From positions 1 through 31,373 of the forward strand of contig JAYYJK010000062.1 of NCBI GenBank assembly GCA_036146255.1: a stretch of DNA of 31,373 nt. The letters are read 5' to 3'. How positions within the stretch are numbered: position 1 is the first letter of the stretch; each line of letters opens with the position of its first letter. The translations under genes were made by a program, and so were the position numbers. Source of the stretch: Nanobdellota archaeon. GTDB lineage: Archaea > Nanobdellota > Nanobdellia > Woesearchaeales > UBA583. A model generated the notes under the pieces. It did not search any database. It was given only the letters and a program-made list of their open reading frames with translations, and was not told where the DNA came from. This document shows positions 7,545 through 17,055 of the stretch, one piece after another.

Positions 7545-8606
7545 ATGAACGATATACAACGTACTAATTTTATTGAAGAAATTAAGAATCACGCTTATCT
7601 TATCTTAAAACAACATTATAAAATCTCAGTCTCTGCTAGGGTATCAGTTATTTTTGATACAGAAACTGAACTCTCACAGATGCTAAAGGAAGGATTTGAA
7701 GGTGCAATTCAAAAGCATGCAAATTCTTATGATCTCCATGATTATGCTTCTTTTGATCATCAAGAATATTTTGATGATTTAGATTGGAATGCAAGAGAAG
7801 GAGATATTGCAATTTTAATTCAATCAACTTCATTTAGATCAACTAAATTTAGATTTAGAAATGATTTATGTACAAGAGGTCTTAAAGTAATTGAATTTGG
7901 ACACCTTCACAAAGTATTAGAAGAAGAGTATCAAACATTTATTGATTCTCTAAAACCTGATGACGAGAGGATTTTCCCTTTAGTTGATTCTTTGGTTGAA
8001 GAATTAAAAGATATCAAGTCAATTGAAATTACATCAATGAATGGCTCAGTTGCTAAATATTCAGGCCCTATGGATTTTGCAACAACAAATGATGGAAGAT
8101 ATGAGGGTCAAACTAATTATGGGTCAAGATATCCAATTGGAGAAGTTATCTCAGAAGGTTTAGATTTATCTACTTTAAATGGAGACATTGAAGTGTATGC
8201 ATATCCATCCATTGAAGGACAATTAACACAATTTGTTGATCCATTTACAGTTACTATTGAAAATGGGTTTGTAGTTAGTCATAATGGACCTAAAGAATTT
8301 GATGATTTAATTGAACTCATTAAAACAGAACACCCAGATGGTAAAGTATATGTAAGAGAATTTGGACTTGGACTTAATAGAAATATTCCTAGACATTCTA
8401 GAATTGGTGATCCTATTGCTTATGAGAGACAAGAAGGTCTGCATTTTTCTTTGGGTATGAAACATGGTATCTACCAAAAGAAACTTTGGCCAAAATATGG
8501 TAAAAAGTTTAAGCAAAAATTTCACATCGATGTTTATGTTAATGCTAAGTCAATTACATTTAATGAAAAACAAGTATATACATATCCGCAAGGATTTATA
8601 TTGTAA
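7545..8606 (+). CDS. aminopeptidase-T / peptidase M29-like metalloprotein
   Basis: YPIGEV, LNGDIEV, VTIENGFV, VREFGLGLN, ERQEGLHFSLG resemble the M29 (COG2309) C-terminal metal-binding domain. Confidence 0.6.
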   Translation: MNDIQRTNFIEEIKNHAYLILKQHYKISVSARVSVIFDTETELSQMLKEGFEGAIQKHANSYDLHDYASFDHQEYFDDLDWNAREGDIAILIQSTSFRSTKFRFRNDLCTRGLKVIEFGHLHKVLEEEYQTFIDSLKPDDERIFPLVDSLVEELKDIKSIEITSMNGSVAKYSGPMDFATTNDGRYEGQTNYGSRYPIGEVISEGLDLSTLNGDIEVYAYPSIEGQLTQFVDPFTVTIENGFVVSHNGPKEFDDLIELIKTEHPDGKVYVREFGLGLNRNIPRHSRIGDPIAYERQEGLHFSLGMKHGIYQKKLWPKYGKKFKQKFHIDVYVNAKSITFNEKQVYTYPQGFIL

Positions 8607-9683
8607 TTACTTTTCTTTTACAAGATGAAATACTGATATCTCGTTTTTGGACCCGAGTCTAATTGTTGGACCCCAAGTTCCAGTACCAGGAGATACATAA
8701 GAGTAGAAACCTTTATCTTCAAAAAGGCCTTGAACTTGTTTGAATTCTAATTTTACTAGGTAATTAAATGGAAATATTTGTCCATTATGTGTGTGTCCTG
8801 CAAGTTTTAAGTTAATTTTTCTTTTTACTGAATATTCAAAGCCCTCGGGTTTATGATAGAGTAAAAGTGTGAATTTTTTATCATTTGTTTTTATTTTAGA
8901 TAATGCTTTCTCAACAGTATCTTTTGCATGTTCATCTTCAATTCCAATAATTTCAATTTCTCCAAAATTTCTCTTCTCATTTCTTAGTACATCTACATTA
9001 TTTGCTTTTAGATTTTCATAAATTTGTTTTAAATCGACATATCTCTCATGATTTCCAGAAACATAGAAAACAGGTATGCTCAATGTTGAGAGTGCACTTA
9101 ATTGTTGTTTTGAGACATTTTTTACGTCTACTAAATCTCCAGTAATTACTAAAAAGTCAACATTTAGTGTTTTAATTTTATCTACTACTTTTTTTAAAAA
9201 CCAAGGAGTTCTTGAACCTATGTGTACATCTGTAATTTGAGCAAATTTATAATTTCTTCCTATTTTTGAAGAATTAATATAGATATGTTTTGGATAAAGT
9301 GTAAATGCATTATATGTTCCATAAAGTGTTATACCAATTGAGAGTATTAAGAGAATAATTCCTAATAATTCAAAATCAATTGGGATCATAAGATTAATTA
9401 CTTCAAAAACTACTACTATTGAAAATAAAATAAATGAATATCCAAGCCATAGCATTGAAATTGTACCAATAACTCTTGTTGTTATCGTCTCTTTTACTTT
9501 CATCATCAATGTACCAATAAATGGAAGTAATAATAAGATATATGCAATTATTTGTAATGTCATGCTATCTCTATGATCCATAAGTGCTAAAACTCTTTGA
9601 AGGGGATAATAAAACACCATTAAGTAAATAATTGTGAATAATAAAAATCGTATAATATAACTAAATGAATAATTCATAATCAT
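8607..9683 (-). CDS. membrane-anchored calcineurin-like metallophosphoesterase (YkuE-like)
   Basis: About four N-terminal hydrophobic helices, then TDVHIG, TGDLVD, GNHE, LYHKP, AGHTHNGQIFP, GTGTWGP. Confidence 0.9.
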   Translation of the reverse strand: MIMNYSFSYIIRFLLFTIIYLMVFYYPLQRVLALMDHRDSMTLQIIAYILLLLPFIGTLMMKVKETITTRVIGTISMLWLGYSFILFSIVVVFEVINLMIPIDFELLGIILLILSIGITLYGTYNAFTLYPKHIYINSSKIGRNYKFAQITDVHIGSRTPWFLKKVVDKIKTLNVDFLVITGDLVDVKNVSKQQLSALSTLSIPVFYVSGNHERYVDLKQIYENLKANNVDVLRNEKRNFGEIEIIGIEDEHAKDTVEKALSKIKTNDKKFTLLLYHKPEGFEYSVKRKINLKLAGHTHNGQIFPFNYLVKLEFKQVQGLFEDKGFYSYVSPGTGTWGPTIRLGSKNEISVFHLVKEK

Positions 9684-9789
9684 GGTTATTTAATTTACTT
9701 TAAATATCTTTTTTGTTACTCAATGATTTTTTTATCATTATTGTTCATATATGAACAAAGTTTTTAAATTTTAATAGTATTCTTTTTTT

Positions 9790-11112
9790 ATGAATATTCT
9801 AATAGTTATTACAAATACGTTTAGGTCTAAGTATAATGAATTATTCTTGGGGCTTACAAAAGATGATACAATTACAGTAGTTTCTATTATTAATGAAAAA
9901 CATTTTGATAGTATGTCAAATAAGAGAAAATTATTTCTTTTTACTCAACTCAGAGATTTTACTCAAAGTTTGAAAGCTAAAAATATTATTGTAAATGAAG
10001 TATTCTCAACTCCATCAAAGATTGCAAATCAATTACTTCTCTATAATTCATATGATGAAATTAGAGTTGAGAATCAATTTAGCTATGATGAGATCCTAGA
10101 AAATAGAAAAATTGAATCTTTAGCTAAGAAACATAACATAGAATATAGAGAATTTAATACTCAAACATCTATTGATTACAAAAAATATTTCTCATCGATT
10201 CAAAAAGTTCCTGATACTTTTACTTCATTTAGAAAAATTGTAGAAAAACAAAATTGTTATCATGTAGAGTTACCTCAAAGACAAATTCCTTCATGTAACT
10301 CAGTTGATTTGAATATGAACCTATCTCAAGAAGAATTAGCCATAGAAGATGAAAAATTACTATTTACTCCAACTGAGCAAAATGCATCTGAACATCTACA
10401 TAATTATATTTGGAAATCTGAGTATATTAAAACTTACAAGAAAACAAGAAATCAAATGATTGGGGATAACTTCTCAACTAAATTTTCTTATCTCCTAAAC
10501 TTTGGACTCCTTAATGTTAAAGAAATACTTTATGAAATTAATTCTTATGAAGAACAAAGAGTAAGTAATTCTTCTACTTACTGGGTTAAATTTGAACTTT
10601 TATGGAGAGAGTATTCTAAGCTTATTAGTTTAAAGTATGGAAAATTAATATTTTTAAAGAAAGGTATTATGGATAAACATATTTATTCAAACTACAATAA
10701 AGAATTTTATGATGCTTTTATCCAAGGAAAAACTGGATATGCTTTAGTTGATGCTGGAATTAGAGAATTAAAGAAAACTGGATTTATGTCAAATAGAGCA
10801 CGACAAAATGTTGCTAGTTTTTTTGTAAAAAATCTTCATCTTCCCTGGATTATGGGAGCTGAATTTTTTGAGAAGTATTTACTTGATTATGATCCTGCAT
10901 CTAATTATTTAAATTGGCAATATATTACTGGATGTGGTACTGATTCACGAGAATTTAGATATTTTAATATCGCTAAGCAAACTAAAGATTATGATCCAAA
11001 ACATGAATTCATTTCTTATTGGGTTCCTGAGTATAAAGATCCATCATATAATAAAATAGTTGATTTTTACAAAAGTATTGAAGTTGCAAAAAAAGAACAA
11101 GATTTACTCTGA
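9790..11112 (-). CDS. placeholder
   Basis: placeholder. Confidence 0.
9790..11112 (+). CDS. cry: cryptochrome DASH / DNA photolyase family flavoprotein
   Basis: TRNQMIG.NFSTKFS, YWVKFELLWREY, GKTGYALVDAGIREL..TGFMSNRARQNVASF, LLDYDPASNYLNWQY, FRYFNIAKQ..DYDP; these motifs best fit the DASH subclass. Confidence 0.88.
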   Translation: MNILIVITNTFRSKYNELFLGLTKDDTITVVSIINEKHFDSMSNKRKLFLFTQLRDFTQSLKAKNIIVNEVFSTPSKIANQLLLYNSYDEIRVENQFSYDEILENRKIESLAKKHNIEYREFNTQTSIDYKKYFSSIQKVPDTFTSFRKIVEKQNCYHVELPQRQIPSCNSVDLNMNLSQEELAIEDEKLLFTPTEQNASEHLHNYIWKSEYIKTYKKTRNQMIGDNFSTKFSYLLNFGLLNVKEILYEINSYEEQRVSNSSTYWVKFELLWREYSKLISLKYGKLIFLKKGIMDKHIYSNYNKEFYDAFIQGKTGYALVDAGIRELKKTGFMSNRARQNVASFFVKNLHLPWIMGAEFFEKYLLDYDPASNYLNWQYITGCGTDSREFRYFNIAKQTKDYDPKHEFISYWVPEYKDPSYNKIVDFYKSIEVAKKEQDLL

Positions 11113-11994
11113 CTTGAATTTAAGTGCTAGTTGTGTTAAAATATATGATTTTAATTCTCTTTCAATTTCTGCTGTATGTTTAACTAAAGTAATATCAAAG
11201 TTTAGAAACATATAATTTTTTTCAACTTTACTGAAATTCATTTGTATGTTTTTTTTATTAGAGAGGTGTTCTGTAAATTTATCATAAACTTCTTCGATAA
11301 AACGTTGTTTATTTCTCTCAAAATCTTTTACAGATTGCTTAAGAATTGATGCTTCAAAGCTAATACTTTTAAGTGATGTTTTAGAGAAATTAGTTACTTC
11401 CTTTGTTAAAAAAATTGAATTTGGAATATAAATAATGTCTCCTGAGTCTGTTTTTAATTGTACATTACTAAATGAAATAGATACAATTTTTCCTTTTGAG
11501 TCACCAACTTTTACAGTATCTTTTACTCTGTAATCTTTTGAAAACATTAAATTTAGACCATGTAGGAAGTTTGAGATGTATTCTTTAAATATTAACACAA
11601 AAGCTACAGCTACAATACTAATTGATGTGAGTAAGTTTTGAATTTCTATGATAAAGACATGGATAATTAACATAATATAGATAAAATGATTTAGAAAAAA
11701 TGATAATTGTAAAATCCCTAAAGTAAAATTATCTTGAGTATCTCTTGGTAAGTTATTTTTTTTAGTGTAGATATAATTAATAAGTTGAGAACCATAATTG
11801 AATATAATATTTAAAAATAAATAATTAAAGAGAAGAAAATATAGTGTTCCAATAATTATTGTTTGCTTAAGTTGTTCTTCGAAAAAGTATCCCATCCCTA
11901 CTAAAATTAAGAGTAAGAATATCCTATATGCTTGTGATGAAAGTAGAGTTGGATCTAAATAAATTTTTACTTTTTCAATAAATTGTGATGCCAT
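11104..11994 (-). CDS. mscS: small-conductance mechanosensitive channel family protein
   Basis: Several TM helices, then FKEYISNFLHGLNL...YRVKDTVKVGDSKGKIVSI.....LKTDSGDIIYIPNS. Confidence 0.82.
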   Translation of the reverse strand: MASQFIEKVKIYLDPTLLSSQAYRIFLLLILVGMGYFFEEQLKQTIIIGTLYFLLFNYLFLNIIFNYGSQLINYIYTKKNNLPRDTQDNFTLGILQLSFFLNHFIYIMLIIHVFIIEIQNLLTSISIVAVAFVLIFKEYISNFLHGLNLMFSKDYRVKDTVKVGDSKGKIVSISFSNVQLKTDSGDIIYIPNSIFLTKEVTNFSKTSLKSISFEASILKQSVKDFERNKQRFIEEVYDKFTEHLSNKKNIQMNFSKVEKNYMFLNFDITLVKHTAEIERELKSYILTQLALKFKSE

Positions 11995-12029
11995 AGATTT
12001 ATTAGTAATTCTTAGTTTATAAATTTGAT

Positions 12030-13427
12030 TTAAAGGACAATATCAGAGATAAGAAGAATAGCTGCAAGACCAATTAATGCTAAGGTGTAATAACTTTGAT
12101 TTGACTTTGATGAATGTGTTGTAGATAGTTTTTCATTGAGAATTAGTGATGTAGTGTAGGGAATTTCCTTAGAAATACTAGGATCATTTATATCTAGATT
12201 TTCAGTTTCATAGATTATCTCATAGATCTCATTAGTCGGTAATGCGGGAATATAATAAGAATTATTATTTTCATAGAGTGTAAATTCGTCACTTTTTTGA
12301 GATCCAATATTTTCAATTGAAATTTCAATAAGATATGTTGTATTTGTAAGTGGAGTTATTGTTTTTTCAATTAAGAGTTGAGGATTTGAGTTAGATGTTT
12401 TTTGATAGAGCTGAAGTGGAGGAGATTCAATTATTTTTGATCCTTGCTCAATTCTAATTCCAGGAAGCATGGATGAATTTTCATCCCCTCTATAAATTAA
12501 TGAATAAGTAATTTCTCTAGTTTCAAATGGAAGTAAGTCAATTATTTGTGTGAATTCTTTTAAGTTAGAGTTGTTTTGAATAAAAAAATCTTCAGGTATG
12601 CTGTCATAGAGCCCAATTGAAGACACTGTAAAGGGATTTGGGTTTGAGAGTAAAATGGTAATAGTTATTGGTTCGTCTTTAGTGTAGAGTATAGGGGATA
12701 GTTTTTTATCGACAATAATGTCTTTTGTAATTAATGAAAATGAACTTCCTCCTGATGATGTTTTAGATTCTGAGGGTTGATATTTCTCAATAGTTCTAAT
12801 AATATTTGGGTGGGTTATTACTTCATATTCTAAAAAGTAACTATCTCCTATCTCTGAGAGTTTATCTGTGTAGTTATAGATTTGTGATGATTTTGGTTCA
12901 AGTAGTAGTTCTTGTTTGGTTTTAAGATAGAGTTGATTTCTAAAGTCATTTATTTGATTTGGTTTAGTTTTAATTAATGTTATATAATATGTTTGCAGAT
13001 AATTTGTAGGATTTGTAAGTGCAATTTTTACTCTACGAGGAGAAAATGTTTCATTTGAGTAACGATTGTATTTTGTAAGTGTTGCTATTCTATTTGTTTG
13101 TATATCAAATTTTGATGTATACTCTAAGAATGTTTTTGCTTCTAAGAGATATTGGTTATAGAGTGCTTTTGATATTGTGGTTGTTATAGTGTAATTAAAG
13201 TTCGTCATATTTATTTTATTATACTGACTGTTTACTAAAAAAGGAGAATCTTGCTCTATGGTTATGTCATAAATTGGTGAAGAGATATTAGAAAATATTG
13301 CTTCCCCTTTTACTGTGAGTGTTACTCTATCTTCATTAATGTAGATTTCTTGATTCTCTTTTAAGTCTACATTTAGAGCATATGATACTTGTAGAGAAAT
13401 AATGAAGATAAGTAAGAGTTTATACAT
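12030..13427 (-). CDS. secreted/surface protein with two DUF11/CARDB-like Ig-fold segments and a C-terminal TM anchor
   Basis: Signal peptide; IIVDKK...ITITILLSNPN....LYDSIP and LLIEK...IEISIENIG segments; C-terminal YYTLALIGLAAILLI. Confidence 0.55.
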   Translation of the reverse strand: MYKLLLIFIISLQVSYALNVDLKENQEIYINEDRVTLTVKGEAIFSNISSPIYDITIEQDSPFLVNSQYNKINMTNFNYTITTTISKALYNQYLLEAKTFLEYTSKFDIQTNRIATLTKYNRYSNETFSPRRVKIALTNPTNYLQTYYITLIKTKPNQINDFRNQLYLKTKQELLLEPKSSQIYNYTDKLSEIGDSYFLEYEVITHPNIIRTIEKYQPSESKTSSGGSSFSLITKDIIVDKKLSPILYTKDEPITITILLSNPNPFTVSSIGLYDSIPEDFFIQNNSNLKEFTQIIDLLPFETREITYSLIYRGDENSSMLPGIRIEQGSKIIESPPLQLYQKTSNSNPQLLIEKTITPLTNTTYLIEISIENIGSQKSDEFTLYENNNSYYIPALPTNEIYEIIYETENLDINDPSISKEIPYTTSLILNEKLSTTHSSKSNQSYYTLALIGLAAILLISDIVL

Positions 13428-13496
13428 TAATGAATAAGATTTGTAATCTTATATAAATATTTTTTATCTAAAAGAAGTTAAGCTAAAAGAAAAATA

Positions 13497-14135
13497 TTAT
13501 TTTTCTTTTTGAATTGAATTATACATTACTGCTTGTGATGCTGAAATCCATGCAACAGCTGGAATTATTCCTACAATTAATAACAATAATCCTCCAATTA
13601 TAATTGGGATGTACATTAAAGTTAATCCTAATATTTTCCAAAAGTAACCTTCTGTTAGTTTCCAACTTGCTTTAATTGCTTGAATTGAATCCATTTTTTT
13701 ATCAATAATTAAAATGTTTACGAAAAACAATTTTACTGCAAAATAAATTCCTGGAATAATTAATGCAATAAATCCAATTAGAATAATAAATGTAACTAAA
13801 ATTGATGCTAAAATTGCATTAATATAGTTCCTTTCAAATAAATCAAACAAATTTGAAAATTTAACTTTCTTCCCATTGGAGATTAAATACATAACCCATA
13901 AATACCCAATTCCAATTGGTGCAGCAATTAAAAATGAATATACTAAAGAGAGAAATGATGCTGTCCATGTATTTTCAATCACTAATGAGAATAGTTCTCC
14001 ATCACCAATTGATCCTAAAATCATTGTTACAATTGTAATTCCCATTAAAAACCAAAATTTTGATTTCATTAAATCAAAACCTCTGCCTAATGTATCAAAA
14101 ACATCTGTATTTGAGATAAATTTTTCTTTACTCAT
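13497..14135 (-). CDS. integral membrane protein (DUF975 / GDPD membrane-domain-like)
   Basis: Multiple TM helices; LLIIPGI-type segment and IIDKKMDSIQAIKASWKLTEGYFWKI. Confidence 0.7.
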   Translation of the reverse strand: MSKEKFISNTDVFDTLGRGFDLMKSKFWFLMGITIVTMILGSIGDGELFSLVIENTWTASFLSLVYSFLIAAPIGIGYLWVMYLISNGKKVKFSNLFDLFERNYINAILASILVTFIILIGFIALIIPGIYFAVKLFFVNILIIDKKMDSIQAIKASWKLTEGYFWKILGLTLMYIPIIIGGLLLLIVGIIPAVAWISASQAVMYNSIQKEK

Positions 14136-14226
14136 AGTTTATAATGTATGTTTGTATTTATTAAGTTAGTTGAAAATTTTTTTGAATTTATATTTCAAAA
14201 AAGTAGATGGTTTCTAAACTAGACAA

Positions 14227-14754
14227 CTATTGAGTCCCATACCTATCTATAATATGAGTTAAAAGACAATTTTCAATACCTAAATTTTTTGAAGTGTTTA
14301 ATCTAATTATAGCTAGTGCGTCAATGTTAGGGTTTTGTCTGAATTCTTGTTTAGCTACCTGTTCTGACATTATACCATATCCGTTTATTTTTTGATACTC
14401 TTCAAAAGAGTTATCTTGAAAGGAGAATTGATACAACATTTGAGGTTTAGTGTGAGTGAAAAGGATATATGCTTGGTGAGAACCTTCTCCTGTAAATTGG
14501 TTTTTTATAGATAGTTCTAAATCTATCATTGAATGTAGAGCATCTTTTTTTTGATTGTATCTTTGTCTTAATGCATTTAGTTTATCAGATAAATCTTCTA
14601 ATCTATCTAGATCTACATCATCTCTATTAATATTGTTGCTAATTTCTTCTGTTGCAATGTCTAAATTAAATTCAACTTCACCTAAATTCCACTCTCTAAG
14701 TGTAGAATCTGTAGTGTTTAATAATATTGCTATTTTGTCCTCAATTGTTATCAT
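14227..14754 (-). CDS. hypothetical protein (175 aa) with acidic coiled-coil N-half
   Basis: Clean ATG ORF without overlap; no family recognised. Confidence 0.6.
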   Translation of the reverse strand: MITIEDKIAILLNTTDSTLREWNLGEVEFNLDIATEEISNNINRDDVDLDRLEDLSDKLNALRQRYNQKKDALHSMIDLELSIKNQFTGEGSHQAYILFTHTKPQMLYQFSFQDNSFEEYQKINGYGIMSEQVAKQEFRQNPNIDALAIIRLNTSKNLGIENCLLTHIIDRYGTQ

Positions 14755-14828
14755 AGAATTGAGAATATCTTTATATTTATATGTTAATTGTTTTATGTAT
14801 AAAATAATCCTTTGGAAAAATAAAAAAA

Positions 14829-15692
14829 TTAATTTAAATTATTTGCTAAAAATGTAATTGTTTTATTCCAAGCATCTTTAGTTTCTTCTTCAGCAAACCT
14901 TGAACCTTCAGGATTTAAAAATGCATGACCCACACCTTCATAAATTGTAATGTCATTTTCTAAATTTAACTCATCAAGTCCTGATTGAAATGTTCTTACA
15001 GTATCTGGAGTAATTCCTGTATCTAACTCTCCAAATATTCCTAAAACTGGTGCATCTACTTGTGAGATTTTTTCAAGCTCTTGAGGTAATGAACCATAAA
15101 AGATTACAGTTGCATCTAAATTAGCATCTGATACTGAGAGTTGTGCTGATTGCTCTCCACCAAAACAAAACCCTAATGATGCTACTTTGTTAACTCCTTC
15201 AAATTCTTTTAAATACTCAATACCATCTTGCATATTTTGAGTTGCAATGCTTTGATTAATAGAAGTTCTAAGTCTCATTGCTTCTTCGCTACTTTCTGCA
15301 ACTTCTCCATTATAGAGGTCAACTGCAAGTACTACATATCCTTCTTTTGCTAGAGTATTTGCTACTTCTTTAATATGATCATTTAAACCCCACCATTCAT
15401 GAATTAAAATAATTCCGGGGTATTGTTTATTATCATCAGGTCTTGCTAGATATCCTATTGTTGATTCTCTATACTCGATATCTTCTGATGTAATTAAAAT
15501 ATCTTCATTAGATCCTACAATTGAGAGAAATTGATTTGTTGTTCCAATAACACTCATGTGATCTGTTGTTTCATTATCTTGCATTTCTGGAATATTTTGG
15601 ATTTCCATGTCTACATTAGTTGATGATTCATTTGTAGAACATGCACTAAATAGTAACGTGAACAGTGATAAAATTATAATTATTTTGTTCAT
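14829..15692 (-). CDS. dienelactone hydrolase-family alpha/beta hydrolase, probably exported
   Basis: IHEWWGLN, GYVVLAVDLY, nucleophile motif GFCFGG, FYG, GVGHAF.NP; N-terminal lipobox-like LFSAC. Confidence 0.9.
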   Translation of the reverse strand: MNKIIIILSLFTLLFSACSTNESSTNVDMEIQNIPEMQDNETTDHMSVIGTTNQFLSIVGSNEDILITSEDIEYRESTIGYLARPDDNKQYPGIILIHEWWGLNDHIKEVANTLAKEGYVVLAVDLYNGEVAESSEEAMRLRTSINQSIATQNMQDGIEYLKEFEGVNKVASLGFCFGGEQSAQLSVSDANLDATVIFYGSLPQELEKISQVDAPVLGIFGELDTGITPDTVRTFQSGLDELNLENDITIYEGVGHAFLNPEGSRFAEEETKDAWNKTITFLANNLN

Positions 15693-15885
15693 ATGTAAAC
15701 AATGTAACTTTAACTATATAAAATAATGGTTTGAAAATCGAATTAATTTATGAATTTTGTGACTACAAAATGTTTTTTGTTTATTTTACTATCTTGAAAT
15801 ACTATGTCTAACCTAGATCAGAAATACAAAGAATTAAATTATATCCTTTGGAAAAATATATAAGCAACGAAACTACATATCAACT

Positions 15886-16446
15886 ATGGAATATATTGAA
15901 CAAGTAGAAAATTTAAAACAACTTTCTAAATTATATAAATCAAAATTTGAACAAAGTAAAGCGATTTTTACACAATCAAATCCATTTACTCAAAGTTTAT
16001 TTGGAGATAACAGCGGTGTTAGTATTGCAATTAATTATGCTAGAATTGGAGTGGGTGAATCAAAATATATTGATTTTTTACCTATTTGTTTTGGATCTAC
16101 ACAATGGTCAAAAGGATTAGAAATTGAAATGCTAGATACACAAAGAGAAGAACATATTAGACTAAAACAATATCTAAATAGAGATACATTTGATTTACTT
16201 GGACTATCGATACCGACAACTATGTCATGGTATCAAGCTACTTTAGAATCTATTGATTCTAATAAAAATAATATACCTCAACATAGTATCATTAGCAATG
16301 ATGTAGAGTCAACTTTAGAATTACTTCAAGCTAAGAGATTCGAGAGATTAGATACAATATTAAAAAATATTGAATCAAGTCTTGAGTTTGGACCAGATTT
16401 AGTTTTGCATGATTATTGGTCAAATATGAAAATGTATTTAGATTAG
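15886..16446 (+). CDS. hypothetical protein (186 aa)
   Basis: Clean ATG ORF; TATA-like AAATATATAA about 25 nt upstream; no family recognised. Confidence 0.6.
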   Translation: MEYIEQVENLKQLSKLYKSKFEQSKAIFTQSNPFTQSLFGDNSGVSIAINYARIGVGESKYIDFLPICFGSTQWSKGLEIEMLDTQREEHIRLKQYLNRDTFDLLGLSIPTTMSWYQATLESIDSNKNNIPQHSIISNDVESTLELLQAKRFERLDTILKNIESSLEFGPDLVLHDYWSNMKMYLD

Positions 16447-16508
16447 ATGAGTAAAATCAGAAATATTTTATCTAAGCTCAGAAATGATAGGGATTGTAAA
16501 TGAACTAA

Positions 16509-16943
16509 TTATTTTATTTCTTTCTCCATAATAAAAGAATTTTTCTCCCTACCTTCAGAAGCAATACTAAAACCAAGTTTTTCATATAACTTTAAAGTTG
16601 GATTATTTTTAAATACAGTTAAACTCACAAAATCTAAATTATTTATTTGAGCAGTTTCAATTAAATCTGTAATTAACTTACTACCATATCCTTTTCCTTG
16701 ACATTCTTTTTTAACTTGAAGATTAATGATATGCAATTTCTTCTCAATTATTTTGAAAATTGAAAAGCCAACTAGAGAATCTCCTTCAATTAATACTTTT
16801 TTTGGTAATTCTTTATACCAACCATTCCATGTATTTAATTGAACTTCTCCTGCTGACCATCCATCATATATAATCATATTTTCTTCTTCTATTTTCATAC
16901 ATTCATCTAAATACTCATCAGAGTAATCTTTTAACTTAATCAT
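16509..16943 (-). CDS. GNAT family N-acetyltransferase
   Basis: LHIINLQV...QGKGYGSKL acetyl-CoA motif A; LTVFKNNP..KLYEKLGF. Confidence 0.92.
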   Translation of the reverse strand: MIKLKDYSDEYLDECMKIEEENMIIYDGWSAGEVQLNTWNGWYKELPKKVLIEGDSLVGFSIFKIIEKKLHIINLQVKKECQGKGYGSKLITDLIETAQINNLDFVSLTVFKNNPTLKLYEKLGFSIASEGREKNSFIMEKEIK

Positions 16944-17055
16944 ACTATTATATTATAATTTCTATTTAAATAATTAATTATTATACACCCACCCGAGGTC
17001 AGAAATTTGAAGAATTTGGGGAGTATGGAGAGAATGAGAGAATTGATTATTTTAT

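Noticed and set aside
7648-8525. Minus-strand ORFs 7648-7833 and 8307-8525
   Set aside because: Lie entirely antisense within the M29-like gene
9790-11112. Minus-strand feature row labelled placeholder (confidence 0)
   Set aside because: Entry error; disregard it. The supported feature at these coordinates is the plus-strand cryptochrome DASH gene
13876-14857. Plus-strand ORFs 13876-14169 and 14555-14857
   Set aside because: Antisense shadows of better-supported minus-strand genes
16940-17055. Complete tRNA gene at the island boundary
   Set aside because: No D-arm, anticodon arm or TTCRA loop in the right context; only a 14-nt 3'-end-like motif
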